A stretch of DNA of 64,000 nt from Prevotella sp. (GCA_051875605.1 JBJEHA010000013.1:3648-67647); one strand, 5' to 3'. Counted from the first letter of the stretch, positions 47,259 through 57,986 are shown. The notes: generated by a model from the letters alone, not told the origin. Translations and numbers: made by a program.

Positions 47259-49580
47259 ATGAAAAAATTTTCAATGCTTCTTGCCGCAGCCTTGTGCGCT
47301 GGCGCCAATGCCCAGGCAGGATGGAGAACCGAACCGGTGGACACAGCTGAGACCCACGTGCTGCAGGATGTGCAGGTAGTGGCAACAAGAGCCGGAAAGA
47401 ACACGCCTATGGCATTCAGCAACATGGGCAAACAGGAAATTGCACGCGAGAACTACGGTAAGGACCTGCCGCAGCTGCTCTGGCTCATGCCTTCGGTAAC
47501 TGTATCGTCTGACGCTGGTATGGGCATCGGCTATACTGGCATCCACGTGCGCGGTACTGACCCCACACGCATCAACGTGACGGCCAACGGCATTCCAATG
47601 AACGATGCAGAGAGCAGCCAACTCTACTGGGTGAACATGGGCGACTTCGCATCCAGTCTTGAGAGCATCCAGCTACAGCGTGGCGCAGGTACATCTACAA
47701 ACGGCGCGGGCGCATTCGGAGCAACACTCAACATGCAGACGGAAAACATCGGCTCACAGCCTTACGGCAGCCTTGACCTCTCGGCCGGTACATACGGCAC
47801 ACACAAGGAAACGTTCCGCTTCTCTACAGGTCTGCTTGGCGGTCACTGGGGTTTCCAGGGACGCTTGTCAAACATAAGCAGCGACGGCTATATTGACCGC
47901 GCACAGTCAAGGCTCGGCTCCTATTTCCTGCAAGGCGGATATTTCAGCGACAACACCATGGTGAAACTCGTGACATTCAACGGCAAGGAAAAAACCTATA
48001 TGGCATGGGACTATACCTCAAAAGCCGACATGGAACGGTACGGACGCACCTACAACCCTTGTGGACAATACACTGCCGCCGATGGTTCGACAGCCTATTA
48101 CAGCAACCAGACCGATAACTATCACCAGCAGCACTACCAGCTCATCTGGACACAGCGCATGGACAGCAAATGGAGCCTGAACACGGCACTGCACTATACA
48201 CGTGGCGACGGCTATTACGAGCAGTTCAAGAGCGGACAGAAACTGTACAAGTATCTGCTGTCCAAAAAAGAAGATGGTCTATATGCCGACCTCGTAAGGC
48301 AGAAGAAGATGGAGAACGACTTCTACGGGGCAATCGCCGCGCTGAACTATGACAACGGCAATGGCATCCAGGCCACTGTAGGCGGTGGATGGAACAAGTA
48401 CGACGGCGACCACTTCGGCAAGCTGCTCTGGGTGGGCAGTCCGTATATGGAAATGACGACAGCCGATGGCGATGACTACAACGACTACCGAGGCGGGAAT
48501 ATCGTGACTTCACCCGACCATGAATATTATCGCAACAATGCCAAGAAGACCGATGGGCATTTCTACGGCAAGCTGACATGGGAAATCGTGAACGGACTGA
48601 GCATATTTGCCGATGTACAATACAGGCATGTAGGATATAAGATGAGCGGTTTGTCACAGGAGTTCGACGGCAACACGCAGCTTCCGCTTACGCTCGACAA
48701 GAAGTATGACTTCTTTAATCCCAAGGCAGGTCTGTCATGGACTCCCGCTGAAGGCCATAGCCTGTATGCTTCCTATGCCATTGCCCACAAGGAACCTACG
48801 CGCAACGACTTCGAGGACATGATGGCCGAGACGGATGTGGTGAACCCGCAGGCCGAAAGGCTCAACGACCTGGAAATAGGCTATCGTTATGAGAGCAACC
48901 GTTTCCATGCCGGTGTCAACCTTTACTATATGGACTACGACAACCAGTTCGTGCTCACCGGCGCACAGGACTCCAACGGCGAGATGGTGGCACGCAACAT
49001 AAAGGACAGCTACCGCATGGGCATGGAACTGACTGCCGGGTGGAACATTGCCAAAGGTCTTGACTGGAACGTGAACGCCACATGGAGCAAGAACAGGGCC
49101 AAGGACATGAGCCTGACCGTGATCAATGAGGACTGGAGCCAGTCGTATGTCAATGTGGGAACAACTAAACTGGCCTTCTCCCCCGACCTCATTGCCAGTA
49201 GTGTGTTGAGCTACGGGTACAAGGGATGGCGCGCCGCATTCATGACAAAATACGTGGGCGAACAGAATATGACCAACTCCGGTTTCAAGCGTTTCCTCAA
49301 CACGGACGGACAGACTTATACAAGTGCAGTGATTGATGCCATGTGCGTGAGCGACCTCGACCTTTCCTATACATTCAGGTGGAAAGGCGTGAAGGAAGCC
49401 ACTGTGGGCGTGACCATATACAACCTGTTCAACGAGGAATATGAAAGCAACGGAAGCTGCAGCATGAACTTCAAGAACGACGGCGGAAAGGTTGTGGCCT
49501 ACGATGGGGGATGGGCATGGGCTACCTATTCAGCACAGGCACCCACACACTTCCTGGCACATCTGTCCATAACATTCTAA
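47259..49580 (+). CDS. TonB-dependent receptor, probable thiamine uptake
   Basis: Signal peptide from ATG 47259, LQDVQVVA TonB box, plug IQLQRGAGTS, terminal SITF; lies under a TPP riboswitch. Confidence 0.88.
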   Translation: MKKFSMLLAAALCAGANAQAGWRTEPVDTAETHVLQDVQVVATRAGKNTPMAFSNMGKQEIARENYGKDLPQLLWLMPSVTVSSDAGMGIGYTGIHVRGTDPTRINVTANGIPMNDAESSQLYWVNMGDFASSLESIQLQRGAGTSTNGAGAFGATLNMQTENIGSQPYGSLDLSAGTYGTHKETFRFSTGLLGGHWGFQGRLSNISSDGYIDRAQSRLGSYFLQGGYFSDNTMVKLVTFNGKEKTYMAWDYTSKADMERYGRTYNPCGQYTAADGSTAYYSNQTDNYHQQHYQLIWTQRMDSKWSLNTALHYTRGDGYYEQFKSGQKLYKYLLSKKEDGLYADLVRQKKMENDFYGAIAALNYDNGNGIQATVGGGWNKYDGDHFGKLLWVGSPYMEMTTADGDDYNDYRGGNIVTSPDHEYYRNNAKKTDGHFYGKLTWEIVNGLSIFADVQYRHVGYKMSGLSQEFDGNTQLPLTLDKKYDFFNPKAGLSWTPAEGHSLYASYAIAHKEPTRNDFEDMMAETDVVNPQAERLNDLEIGYRYESNRFHAGVNLYYMDYDNQFVLTGAQDSNGEMVARNIKDSYRMGMELTAGWNIAKGLDWNVNATWSKNRAKDMSLTVINEDWSQSYVNVGTTKLAFSPDLIASSVLSYGYKGWRAAFMTKYVGEQNMTNSGFKRFLNTDGQTYTSAVIDAMCVSDLDLSYTFRWKGVKEATVGVTIYNLFNEEYESNGSCSMNFKNDGGKVVAYDGGWAWATYSAQAPTHFLAHLSITF

Positions 49581-49592
49581 AAAGATACGGGA

Positions 49593-50234
49593 GTGATGAC
49601 AGAACTGACGGACACGGCAGCCTGGATGGGCTGGATAGCAGACAACCGGCTACGACTGCTCGATATACTCGGCACGCTGGTGGGACTGGTCTATATCCTG
49701 CTCGAATACAGAGCAAGCATATACCTGTGGCTGGTGAGCATCGTGATGCCTCTGATTGACATGGTGCTTTATCTGGAAGCTGGCCTTTATGCTGACTTCG
49801 GAATGGCCGTGTACTATGCGCTGGCAGCCATATATGGCTATGCCGTATGGAAATTCATGGGCAGAAAGGGGGCTGACGGTGAAATGCCTGTCAGCTACAT
49901 GCCCAAATCGCGGATGGTACCGGCCATGGGGGCGTTTGCCGTAGCATGGATGGCGATATACCTGATACTGCGGTACTGCACGGACAGCAATGTGCCGGTA
50001 AGCGACAGTTTTGTCAACGCCCTCAGTATCATCGGTCTTTGGGCACTGGCACGCAAATATGTGGAACAGTGGCTCGTATGGATTGTGGTCGATGCGTTCT
50101 GCTGCGTGCTCTATGCCTATAAAGACATACCTTTTAAGGCCGGACTGTACGGACTGTACGCGGTAATTGCCGTGTTCGGGTACAGGAAGTGGAAGCAGAT
50201 GGTCAAATCGGATGAAGGGAGGATGAATGCATGA
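49593..50234 (+). CDS. PnuC-family transporter (thiamine-type, PnuT-like)
   Basis: Seven hydrophobic helices; DSFVNALSIIGLWALARKYVEQWLVWIVVD PnuC signature. Confidence 0.85.
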   Translation: MMTELTDTAAWMGWIADNRLRLLDILGTLVGLVYILLEYRASIYLWLVSIVMPLIDMVLYLEAGLYADFGMAVYYALAAIYGYAVWKFMGRKGADGEMPVSYMPKSRMVPAMGAFAVAWMAIYLILRYCTDSNVPVSDSFVNALSIIGLWALARKYVEQWLVWIVVDAFCCVLYAYKDIPFKAGLYGLYAVIAVFGYRKWKQMVKSDEGRMNA

Positions 50235-50881
50235 ACGGATATTATGCAATGATCAGCAGCGAAACACGCTTCGATGCTGTTGTGCTTTGCAATGGCAGTT
50301 TTCCACATCATGCCCTCCCCCTGTCCGTACTACAGGAAGCAAAGTTTCTCTGTTGTTGCGACGGGGCTTGCAATCAGCTGGAAAGGACAGGCAGATGGCC
50401 GGACATGATTGTGGGCGACGGTGATTCGATTGACAGAAAGCTGTGCAGGAAATATGCTGACAGGCTGCTGATTGTGTCGGAACAGGACGACAACGACCAG
50501 ACCAAGGCCACACGCTATTGCATGGAACAAGGTTACAGGAAACTGGCTTATGTGGGCGCGACTGGAAAGCGTGAGGACCATACGATGGGCAACATTTCAC
50601 TGTTGGCAAGGTATCAGTCGGAAATGAACCTGCAACCAACCATGCTAACCGATTACGGCTGGTTTGTCGCAGCTACGGGAAAGTGTTGTCTCGAAACGTT
50701 TCCAGGTCAGCAGGTAAGTATTTTCAACATTTCATGTTCTAAGCTGGAGAACCGGGGACTGCGTTGGTCATCCTACCCCTACCAGTCGTTGTGGCAGGGC
50801 ACGTTGAATGAGGCCACCGCAACCACAGCCGAACTGGACGGAGACGGTAGCTATATCGTGTTCCGTACTTATCCGGAATGA
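50231..50881 (+). CDS. Thiamine pyrophosphokinase
   Basis: CCDGA, VGDGDSI, EQDDNDQTKA, GATGKREDHTMGN motifs. Confidence 0.88.
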   Translation: MNGYYAMISSETRFDAVVLCNGSFPHHALPLSVLQEAKFLCCCDGACNQLERTGRWPDMIVGDGDSIDRKLCRKYADRLLIVSEQDDNDQTKATRYCMEQGYRKLAYVGATGKREDHTMGNISLLARYQSEMNLQPTMLTDYGWFVAATGKCCLETFPGQQVSIFNISCSKLENRGLRWSSYPYQSLWQGTLNEATATTAELDGDGSYIVFRTYPE

Positions 50882-50910
50882 ACAGATTCCGTTAAATTAA
50901 ACCAAACAAG

Positions 50911-50952
50911 AAAACGGGGAAGCATCTGAATACCAGTATCTTCCCCGTTTTT
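50911..50952. terminator. Bidirectional intrinsic terminator
   Basis: AAAACGGGGAAG/CTTCCCCGTTTT arms between convergent genes. Confidence 0.75.
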
Positions 50953-50963
50953 ATTATACTTTA

Positions 50964-52070
50964 TTATCGGAACTCATTTATGGCCTGTATAACTGCAGTG
51001 ACTTCTGCATCTGTCATGGTCTGATTACAAGGTATGCTCAATTCACACGCATGGATGTATTCGGAAAGAGGGAAAGACAGGCTGTTCCATTCACGATAAC
51101 AGGTTTGCTTGTGGGGCGGAATGGGATAATGGATAACAGTCTGTATGCCCCGTGTCTTGAGATAGTCTTGCAGACGGTCGCGTTCAGGACAGAAGACAGG
51201 AAAGACATGAAACACACTGTCCCTCATCGGAATCCTTACAGTATGGACAGCAGGATTGTCCAGTTCCCTGTAATATCTTTCAGCTATAGCTTTTCTGCAC
51301 AAATTGTCTGCGTCTAAATACTTCAGCTTCACCCGAAGCACTGCAGCCTGGATTTCATCCATACGGCTGTTCCTGCCCTTGAAGGAAAAGACATACTTCC
51401 GTTCACTTCCGTAGTTTCCAATCGTCCTGCACACTTCTGCCAGATGGGCATCGTCTGTGGTAATGGCTCCTGCATCACCCATGGCTCCAAGATTCTTGCT
51501 GGGATAGAAGCTATGACCGGCAGCATGACCCAAAGCGCCCGTTCTCTTGTTTCCGAAACAACATCCATGGGCCTGGGCATTGTCTTCAACCAGCAGAAGC
51601 CTGTTTCGTGCACATAGCCATCCAATGCGATTCGTATAGGCACATATACCATAAAGATGTACAATCAATATGGCCTTTGTCCTTGGTGTAATGGCTTGTT
51701 CAATAAGTTTGTCGTCAATCTGCAGGGTATCGAGGTCAGGCTCTACCAGAACCGGTTTAAGCTTGTTTTCTGTAATGGCCAATATGGATGCAATATAAGT
51801 ATTGGAAGGCACTATGACTTCATCACCAGGCTGGAGTTTACCCATTTCCATGTAAGCCCTGAAGATAATGGTCAGGGCATCAAGTCCATTGGCACAGGAC
51901 ACACAGTGCCTGGTACCGATAAACTGTGCATAGCTTTCTTCAAAGTCTGTAATATGCTTTCCTTGCAGATACCATCCGCTCTCAACAACCTCACGTACGG
52001 TTTCACGATATTCCGCAGCATGCTGGTCGGTAATTTTTTTCAGTGAAAGATAATCTATCATATATCCCAT
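50964..52070 (-). CDS. DegT/DnrJ/EryC1/StrS sugar aminotransferase (FdtB-like)
   Basis: EDNAQAHG, SFYPSKNLGAMGDAG, NSRMDEIQAA. Confidence 0.88.
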   Translation of the reverse strand: MGYMIDYLSLKKITDQHAAEYRETVREVVESGWYLQGKHITDFEESYAQFIGTRHCVSCANGLDALTIIFRAYMEMGKLQPGDEVIVPSNTYIASILAITENKLKPVLVEPDLDTLQIDDKLIEQAITPRTKAILIVHLYGICAYTNRIGWLCARNRLLLVEDNAQAHGCCFGNKRTGALGHAAGHSFYPSKNLGAMGDAGAITTDDAHLAEVCRTIGNYGSERKYVFSFKGRNSRMDEIQAAVLRVKLKYLDADNLCRKAIAERYYRELDNPAVHTVRIPMRDSVFHVFPVFCPERDRLQDYLKTRGIQTVIHYPIPPHKQTCYREWNSLSFPLSEYIHACELSIPCNQTMTDAEVTAVIQAINEFR

Positions 52071-52999
52071 TCGTATGTATCATAACAGACAGCTCTTCCG
52101 CCAAAACCTTCTTTTTGGTAAATAAGCGCACGGTTGAGTTCATCGCCTTGCAATCCGGTAGAAGTTCCGAAATCAAAAAACGGTCTGTGTTGCAATGCCT
52201 CTTCCATACATTGAGGAAACAGCAGGTCCAAAGCATGGAGTAGCTTGCCTTCTTGTGAAGCAGATATATATTGTGCATGGACGACATTGGTAGTAACATA
52301 GAAGACAGCTCCGGCCAGCATTCTACCATCCAAATAGGCAGCATAAAGCTGGAGGGCTTCAGGAAAGGCCTGTTTCAATTGCTGTATTTCACCAAGGGAA
52401 TGTACTGGCCTTGTATGATATTTATTTAACAGATTTTCTGTAAGCAGTTCCCAGAATTCGGTCCAGTCTTCAGACTTACGCACAACAATACCGGTTTTCT
52501 CTGCCTTTCTCAAACCGGTTTGCCTGATTCTATAAGGAGCAATGGTATGGTGCCAGGAAACAACAGTAGAAATACTGCGTGACTTAAGTCTTGCACCGCA
52601 TTGGCTGAAAATGGCATATAGGTCTTCCTCAGCAGGACAGGAATGGTATATCCATGGAACAGGTTTATAAATCACATGGTGTATGCCGTACTCCTTCAAG
52701 AATCCAGTCAGTGAAATGAAAAGATCACAAATATCTGCAGCCGTTGCCCTGTCATTCATGATCAAACCACCATAAGTGAGGCCTCCATGAGACACGAGCA
52801 CACCGTTTTCCATCCTGTTCGCTGGTAGAAGCGCATATAGCCTGCCTCTTCTGAATACCATAACCGAAGCATCCTCAAACCGTTCGGCATGGTAGTCCAT
52901 ATAATTCCTGTCAAAAAGGAAAGTGGCATTCTTGGATTGCCTCAGGAAATCATTCCATTCCTGACATTGCCGCTTGGTGTATCTACAGAACTCAAACAT
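52058..52999 (-). CDS. GNAT/FemAB-like acyltransferase
   Basis: ATFLFDRNYMDYH, SHGGLTYGG, FFDFGTS, KEGFGGRAV pattern; start at ATG 52999. Confidence 0.7.
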   Translation of the reverse strand: MFEFCRYTKRQCQEWNDFLRQSKNATFLFDRNYMDYHAERFEDASVMVFRRGRLYALLPANRMENGVLVSHGGLTYGGLIMNDRATAADICDLFISLTGFLKEYGIHHVIYKPVPWIYHSCPAEEDLYAIFSQCGARLKSRSISTVVSWHHTIAPYRIRQTGLRKAEKTGIVVRKSEDWTEFWELLTENLLNKYHTRPVHSLGEIQQLKQAFPEALQLYAAYLDGRMLAGAVFYVTTNVVHAQYISASQEGKLLHALDLLFPQCMEEALQHRPFFDFGTSTGLQGDELNRALIYQKEGFGGRAVCYDTYEWDI

Positions 53000-53396
53000 G
53001 CTTTCTGGCATATTCCTTAAACTCATCGTATTCGTAGATATAATCATCTTCATCAAAGAGTTCTGAAGCCAGGACCAGGCATACAGCACCCGATGAAAAA
53101 TCCTCAAGTGTCCTCCATATACCTGTTCCTACATAAAGCCCTTCGTAAGGATGATTAAGGTGTATCGTTTGCTTCTCCTGCCCGTCATCCAATGTAACAT
53201 CAAACGAACCGTTTGCAGCAATGATAATTTCCTCACATTCCTTGTGGGCATGACCACCACGTCGTTCTCCAGCCGGTATGTCATATGTCCAGTAAACCCT
53301 TTTAGATACAAAAGGAATGGATTTCTGCGATTCTGCAACAGTAAGATTTCCTCTGGGATCGGTAATCTTGGGTAATCTGATTATCTTTATGTTCAT
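52992..53396 (-). CDS. FdtA/QdtA family cupin (dTDP-4-keto-6-deoxyglucose 3,4-ketoisomerase)
   Basis: DPRGNL, RGGHAH, GSFDV, LASELFDEDDYI. Confidence 0.85.
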   Translation of the reverse strand: MNIKIIRLPKITDPRGNLTVAESQKSIPFVSKRVYWTYDIPAGERRGGHAHKECEEIIIAANGSFDVTLDDGQEKQTIHLNHPYEGLYVGTGIWRTLEDFSSGAVCLVLASELFDEDDYIYEYDEFKEYARKHV

Positions 53397-54448
53397 GAAT
53401 TTAAAACGTATCTTTTTGCCAGAACGTATAACTTATCCACGAAAAATGTTTTTGTGAGCCATGCAACGGCGAGAACACAACATAGCGTAAGGGAAATAAT
53501 ACAGAAGTCTTTGTTGCCATCCCAACCAATTCGATAAAGGATGCAATGCACCAGCCGTATGGTTAACATGTGGGTAAGGAAGATTTCCAATGCCATGGTG
53601 CCACCCTTTCCCATTAACGGATGACACAATAAACGCATAAGCAGTCCCTTACCCTTGTCATTCAGTGCAAACCAATACAGGAGCAATATGTTTGCAGCCC
53701 AGAAAAGCGAGGCACAATGAAAATTGACCCCAATCTGTTCATAAACGCCAAAGCACAATACATATAAAAGGAGTATGGCCATTTCTATCAGTGTTATCAG
53801 CCATATATGCTGAACATCAACCCAATTGCGTATTTTCCTGGATACTTCATTACGGTATATTCTGCAAATAACCATACCAATGCAAAGTTCCATCAGCCTG
53901 ACAGGTGGAAAAGCATACATGACAGCATTGGTATACCGCTCTGGCAACAAAGCCGCAAGCAGAAAATATCCCACAAGGAAAAACATACTGTACGCAGCCA
54001 GCACCTTGGGACGCATGCTGTATATAATCCTGTATATAGCTGAAAAGACAAGATAGAAAAACAAGATGTCACACAAGAACCACGATGATCCATTGGCTAC
54101 AAAAAGATATTCCGCTTTCGGTATCCAACATTGCAGCAATAATGCCTGCAAGACCAATTGTAGCCAGGAATAGACAATTCCACCTTTGAAGTCCAATGCT
54201 GCCATAATGGCGAAAACCACCAGATGCAAAGGATAGAATTTCATTAACTGGCGCGTGTATAGCGTCCTTGTTGAGAACTGTTTTCCTGTGATTCTATCTC
54301 CATAGGCATAGCTGAGCACAAAACCGCTGAGCATGAAAAAGAAGGAGACACCACATTCTCCTCCAGCCTCGAAATCGGGACTGAAGAAATGGCTGACCAC
54401 AATCAGCATCATGAAAACAAATCTCCAACCTTGTAGCGATGTAATCAT
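53393..54448 (-). CDS. Acyltransferase-3 (OafA-like) membrane O-acyltransferase
   Basis: LQGWRF..MLIVVSHF, GVSFFFMLSGF, NGSSWFL; many transmembrane helices. Confidence 0.82.
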   Translation of the reverse strand: MITSLQGWRFVFMMLIVVSHFFSPDFEAGGECGVSFFFMLSGFVLSYAYGDRITGKQFSTRTLYTRQLMKFYPLHLVVFAIMAALDFKGGIVYSWLQLVLQALLLQCWIPKAEYLFVANGSSWFLCDILFFYLVFSAIYRIIYSMRPKVLAAYSMFFLVGYFLLAALLPERYTNAVMYAFPPVRLMELCIGMVICRIYRNEVSRKIRNWVDVQHIWLITLIEMAILLLYVLCFGVYEQIGVNFHCASLFWAANILLLYWFALNDKGKGLLMRLLCHPLMGKGGTMALEIFLTHMLTIRLVHCILYRIGWDGNKDFCIISLTLCCVLAVAWLTKTFFVDKLYVLAKRYVLNS

Positions 54449-54475
54449 AAACAGTCTATTGCCAGGTCAGGCCCT

Positions 54476-55657
54476 TTATTTTTTCATATAGGGATCTGTT
54501 CCAAGTACCGTCTTGCTCAGCCGTTTAGCCTTTTCACGCAGTCCATTGACATCAGCATCAGGCTCGCCATAACAAAGCACAACACCCATTCTTCTTCCTA
54601 CATGCGCTTCCGGCTTACCGAAGATACGGATTCTTGTGTGGTCTTCGCTTAATGCCTCCGAAAGATGATAATCCAATGGACTGGCAGACTCAACAGGAGA
54701 CAGTATTACCGCACTCGCTCCAGCATGTTCGAGGTGGATACCTGCAATGGGCAATCCCATGACAGCACGGAAGTGAAGTTCAAATTCGCTCAGATTTGTT
54801 GTATGACCCAACGTCACCATACCTGTATCGTGCGGACGTGGAGAAAGCTCCGAGAAAATGACTTCCCCTTGCCGGGTAAGGAAGAACTCTACCCCCCATA
54901 TTCCTGCACCCGTCAATGCCTTCGTCACTTCTGCCGCCATGTGCTGTGCCTGTTTCAGGGCATGCTCAGGAATGCTGTATGGCTGCCAGCTTTCACGGTA
55001 GTCACCGTCTTTCTGCACATGACCTATCGGTGGGCAGAACAGGGTCTCACCGTTTTGCTGTGTTACCGTGAGCAAGGTAAACTCCGATTCAAAATCGATG
55101 AACTCTTCTATGATAACCTCCCTGACATCCCCCCGACTGCCTTCCATGGCTTCATGGAAAGCCTGTTCCAGTTCTTCATCGTTATGCACATAGCTTTGCC
55201 CATGGCCGCTCGATGACATGAGTGGCTTTACGACACATGGGAACCCGATGCTTTGCGCGGCAGCCTTAAACTCTTCCATTGTCTTTGCATAGAAATAACG
55301 TGCTGTGCGCAATCCCAGTTCACGCGAAGCAAGATCGCGTATTGCCCTGCGGTTCATGGTGTAGTTCACGGCTCTCGCGCTTGGTACTACCTGGATGCCT
55401 TCTTCCTCATATTTAAAGAGTCTTTCCGTACGTATGGCCTCAATTTCCGGAACAATGATGTCCGGCTGATGCTTCCTGACCACATGGTCCAAAGCATCAC
55501 CGTCAAGCATGGAGAACACCTCACATTCATCAGCCACCTGCATAGCCGGAGCCATTGCATATCTGTCACATGCCACCACATACTGTCCGGCCCTTTTGGC
55601 TGCAATCACAAATTCCTTACCCAGTTCACCTGAGCCTAAAAGCAATATTTTCTTCAT
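54476..55657 (-). CDS. purT: Formate-dependent phosphoribosylglycinamide formyltransferase
   Basis: [40 protein letters not shown]. Confidence 0.93.
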   Translation of the reverse strand: MKKILLLGSGELGKEFVIAAKRAGQYVVACDRYAMAPAMQVADECEVFSMLDGDALDHVVRKHQPDIIVPEIEAIRTERLFKYEEEGIQVVPSARAVNYTMNRRAIRDLASRELGLRTARYFYAKTMEEFKAAAQSIGFPCVVKPLMSSSGHGQSYVHNDEELEQAFHEAMEGSRGDVREVIIEEFIDFESEFTLLTVTQQNGETLFCPPIGHVQKDGDYRESWQPYSIPEHALKQAQHMAAEVTKALTGAGIWGVEFFLTRQGEVIFSELSPRPHDTGMVTLGHTTNLSEFELHFRAVMGLPIAGIHLEHAGASAVILSPVESASPLDYHLSEALSEDHTRIRIFGKPEAHVGRRMGVVLCYGEPDADVNGLREKAKRLSKTVLGTDPYMKK

Positions 55658-55663
55658 TGTTTT

Positions 55664-56797
55664 CTACCTGTTTCTGTACATGTTTTCGTAATATTTCTGA
55701 TAGTCGCCCGAAGTGACATTATTGAGCCACTCCTCATTCTCAAGATACCATTTAACGGTTTTCTCTATGCCTTCCTCAAACTGCAGAGAGGGTTCCCATC
55801 CCAGTTCACGCTGTAACTTGGTGGAGTCGATGGCGTAGCGCAGGTCATGGCCGGCACGGTCTGTGACATAGGTGATGAGGTCAAGGTCCTCACCTTCCTT
55901 TCGGCCCAGGAGCCTGTCCACCGTTCTGATGACCACTTTTATGATGTCAATGTTCTTCCATTCGTTAAACCCGCCTATATTATAGGTTTCGGCAATCTTT
56001 CCCTGGTGGAAGATGATGTCGATGGCCCTCGCATGGTCTTCCACATACAGCCAGTCACGCACGTTCTCTCCCTTGCCATAGACGGGCAGTGGCTTACGGT
56101 GGCGAATGTTGTTGATGAACAACGGTATAAGTTTTTCGGGGAACTGATAGGGACCATAGTTATTGGAACAGTTGGTCACTATGATAGGCATGCCATAAGT
56201 ATCATGATAAGCCCTCACGAAATGGTCGCTGCTGGCCTTGGAAGCCGAATAAGGTGAGTGAGGATTGTATTTTGTGGTTTCATAGAAGAAGTCCTCACCG
56301 TATGCCAGATGGTGTTCACCGGACGAGGCCGCTGTCGAGAAAGGAGGTTCTATGCCTTCTGGATGTGAAAGCGGCAGGGCACCATAGACTTCGTCTGTCG
56401 ATATGTGGTAGAATCGTTTCCCCTCATATTTCCCGGGCAGTGACTCCCAATAGAGCTTGGCAGCCTGAAGCAGCGAGAGAGTGCCCATCACATTGGTGCG
56501 TGCGAATGTGAACGGGTCTTTTATGGAACGGTCCACATGGCTCTCCGCAGCCAGATGTATGATGCCATCGACTTGATACCTGCCCATCAGTTCGAGCATG
56601 GTGTCGAAATCGCAAATATCAGCCTTGACAAAGGTGTAGTTGGGCTTCTCTTCCACATCCTTAAGATTGGCAAGGTTTCCGGCATAGGTTAGTTTGTCCA
56701 GATTGATAATATGGTAATCCGGATACTTGTTCACGAAAAGGCGTACGACATGACTGCCTATGAATCCGGCTCCGCCGGTAATGATGATTGTCTTCAT
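55664..56797 (-). CDS. rfbB: dTDP-glucose 4,6-dehydratase
   Basis: TGGAGFIGS, HLAAESHVDRSI, ISTDEVYG, YSASKA, NNYGPYQFPEKLIP. Confidence 0.95.
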   Translation of the reverse strand: MKTIIITGGAGFIGSHVVRLFVNKYPDYHIINLDKLTYAGNLANLKDVEEKPNYTFVKADICDFDTMLELMGRYQVDGIIHLAAESHVDRSIKDPFTFARTNVMGTLSLLQAAKLYWESLPGKYEGKRFYHISTDEVYGALPLSHPEGIEPPFSTAASSGEHHLAYGEDFFYETTKYNPHSPYSASKASSDHFVRAYHDTYGMPIIVTNCSNNYGPYQFPEKLIPLFINNIRHRKPLPVYGKGENVRDWLYVEDHARAIDIIFHQGKIAETYNIGGFNEWKNIDIIKVVIRTVDRLLGRKEGEDLDLITYVTDRAGHDLRYAIDSTKLQRELGWEPSLQFEEGIEKTVKWYLENEEWLNNVTSGDYQKYYENMYRNR

Positions 56798-56814
56798 ATA
56801 TAGTATAAGTGATT

Positions 56815-57318
56815 TTATGCTTTTCTGCTGTCATTCAGGGTCACCACTTCACAGTCCGTGAAACGTTGTCCCTCTATGGTGAGCCTCACGATGGTCCTGT
56901 CCTTGTGCCATCCCTGCATGCCTGCCGCTCCGGGATTGATGTGGAGCATGTTGAGTGTCTTGTCGAACTGGACCTTAAGGATGTGCGAGTGTCCGCAGAC
57001 AAAGAGCCGGGGCGGTGAGGCGTAGAGCGTGCCGCGCACCGAGGGGTCGTAGTGTCCGGGATAGCCGCCAATATGCTTCAGCAACACGTCAACATCTTCG
57101 CACTTGAAGCGTAGCCGTTCTGTGAACATGCGTCTGAGGTCGCCTCCGTCACAGTTGCCGCAGACCGCCCTCAGCATCCGGAAATCCGCCAGCCGCTGGG
57201 CGACCTCAAGCGTTCCTATATCACCCGCATGCCATATCTCATCACAGGGCTCAAAGTAGTGCAGATAGCGGTCATCCCACCATCCGTGGGTATCGCTGAT
57301 GATGCCGATGCGCTTCAT
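56815..57318 (-). CDS. YfcE-like metallophosphoesterase
   Basis: SDTHG, HAGD, GNCD, GHSH, NPG motifs. Confidence 0.85.
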   Translation of the reverse strand: MKRIGIISDTHGWWDDRYLHYFEPCDEIWHAGDIGTLEVAQRLADFRMLRAVCGNCDGGDLRRMFTERLRFKCEDVDVLLKHIGGYPGHYDPSVRGTLYASPPRLFVCGHSHILKVQFDKTLNMLHINPGAAGMQGWHKDRTIVRLTIEGQRFTDCEVVTLNDSRKA

Positions 57319-57977
57319 GGCAACTGACTTTCTGGTACATCCCCGCCGTCACCGGGACAAGCCTTTCTCCGCTCCTCCACATAGTGTGCCAGCAGTTCCA
57401 CCGTACCCTCGATTCCCAGGCGCGACGAGTTGACGCAGAGGTCATAGCCGTCTGCCGCCGCCCAGATCTTGCCTGTATAGTAGTTGTAATACGCGGCCCT
57501 CCGTGTCTCGGTGTCGTCTATGTATTTTGCAGCCGAATCCTCGTCACATCCTCTTCTCAGTGCCACCCTTTGCAACCGTTCCTTGGCATCGGCCGTAACG
57601 AATACGCTCACCATGCCTGGAAAGTCGCGCAGGATATAGTCTGCACACCTTCCCACAAAGACACAGCTGCCTTTTTCCGCCGCCTTCCTGATGGCCTCCG
57701 ACTGCAACTGGAACAGCCATTCCTGCGAGAATCTGTTGTTGTAGAAATTGCTGTCGCCCACATGCGGCGCGTGCAGGTGGAAAAGTGTCTTGAGAAACCC
57801 TCGGTTTTCATCGTTCTCCTCAAAGAATTCCGTGCAGAAACCGCTTTCATCGGCAGCGAGGCTCAGGATTTCCCTGTCGTAGAACTGTGCGCCCAGTCGC
57901 TCGGCCAGTGCCTTGGCTATGGTCGAACCTCCACTGCCCATCTGTCGGCCTATGCAGATTGTCATATTGTTGTCCAT
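57315..57977 (-). CDS. Cytidylate kinase-like family protein
   Basis: IGRQMGSGG P-loop variant, VFVGRCADYIL, YDLCVNSS. Confidence 0.8.
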   Translation of the reverse strand: MDNNMTICIGRQMGSGGSTIAKALAERLGAQFYDREILSLAADESGFCTEFFEENDENRGFLKTLFHLHAPHVGDSNFYNNRFSQEWLFQLQSEAIRKAAEKGSCVFVGRCADYILRDFPGMVSVFVTADAKERLQRVALRRGCDEDSAAKYIDDTETRRAAYYNYYTGKIWAAADGYDLCVNSSRLGIEGTVELLAHYVEERRKACPGDGGDVPESQLP

Positions 57978-57986
57978 TGCTATCGG

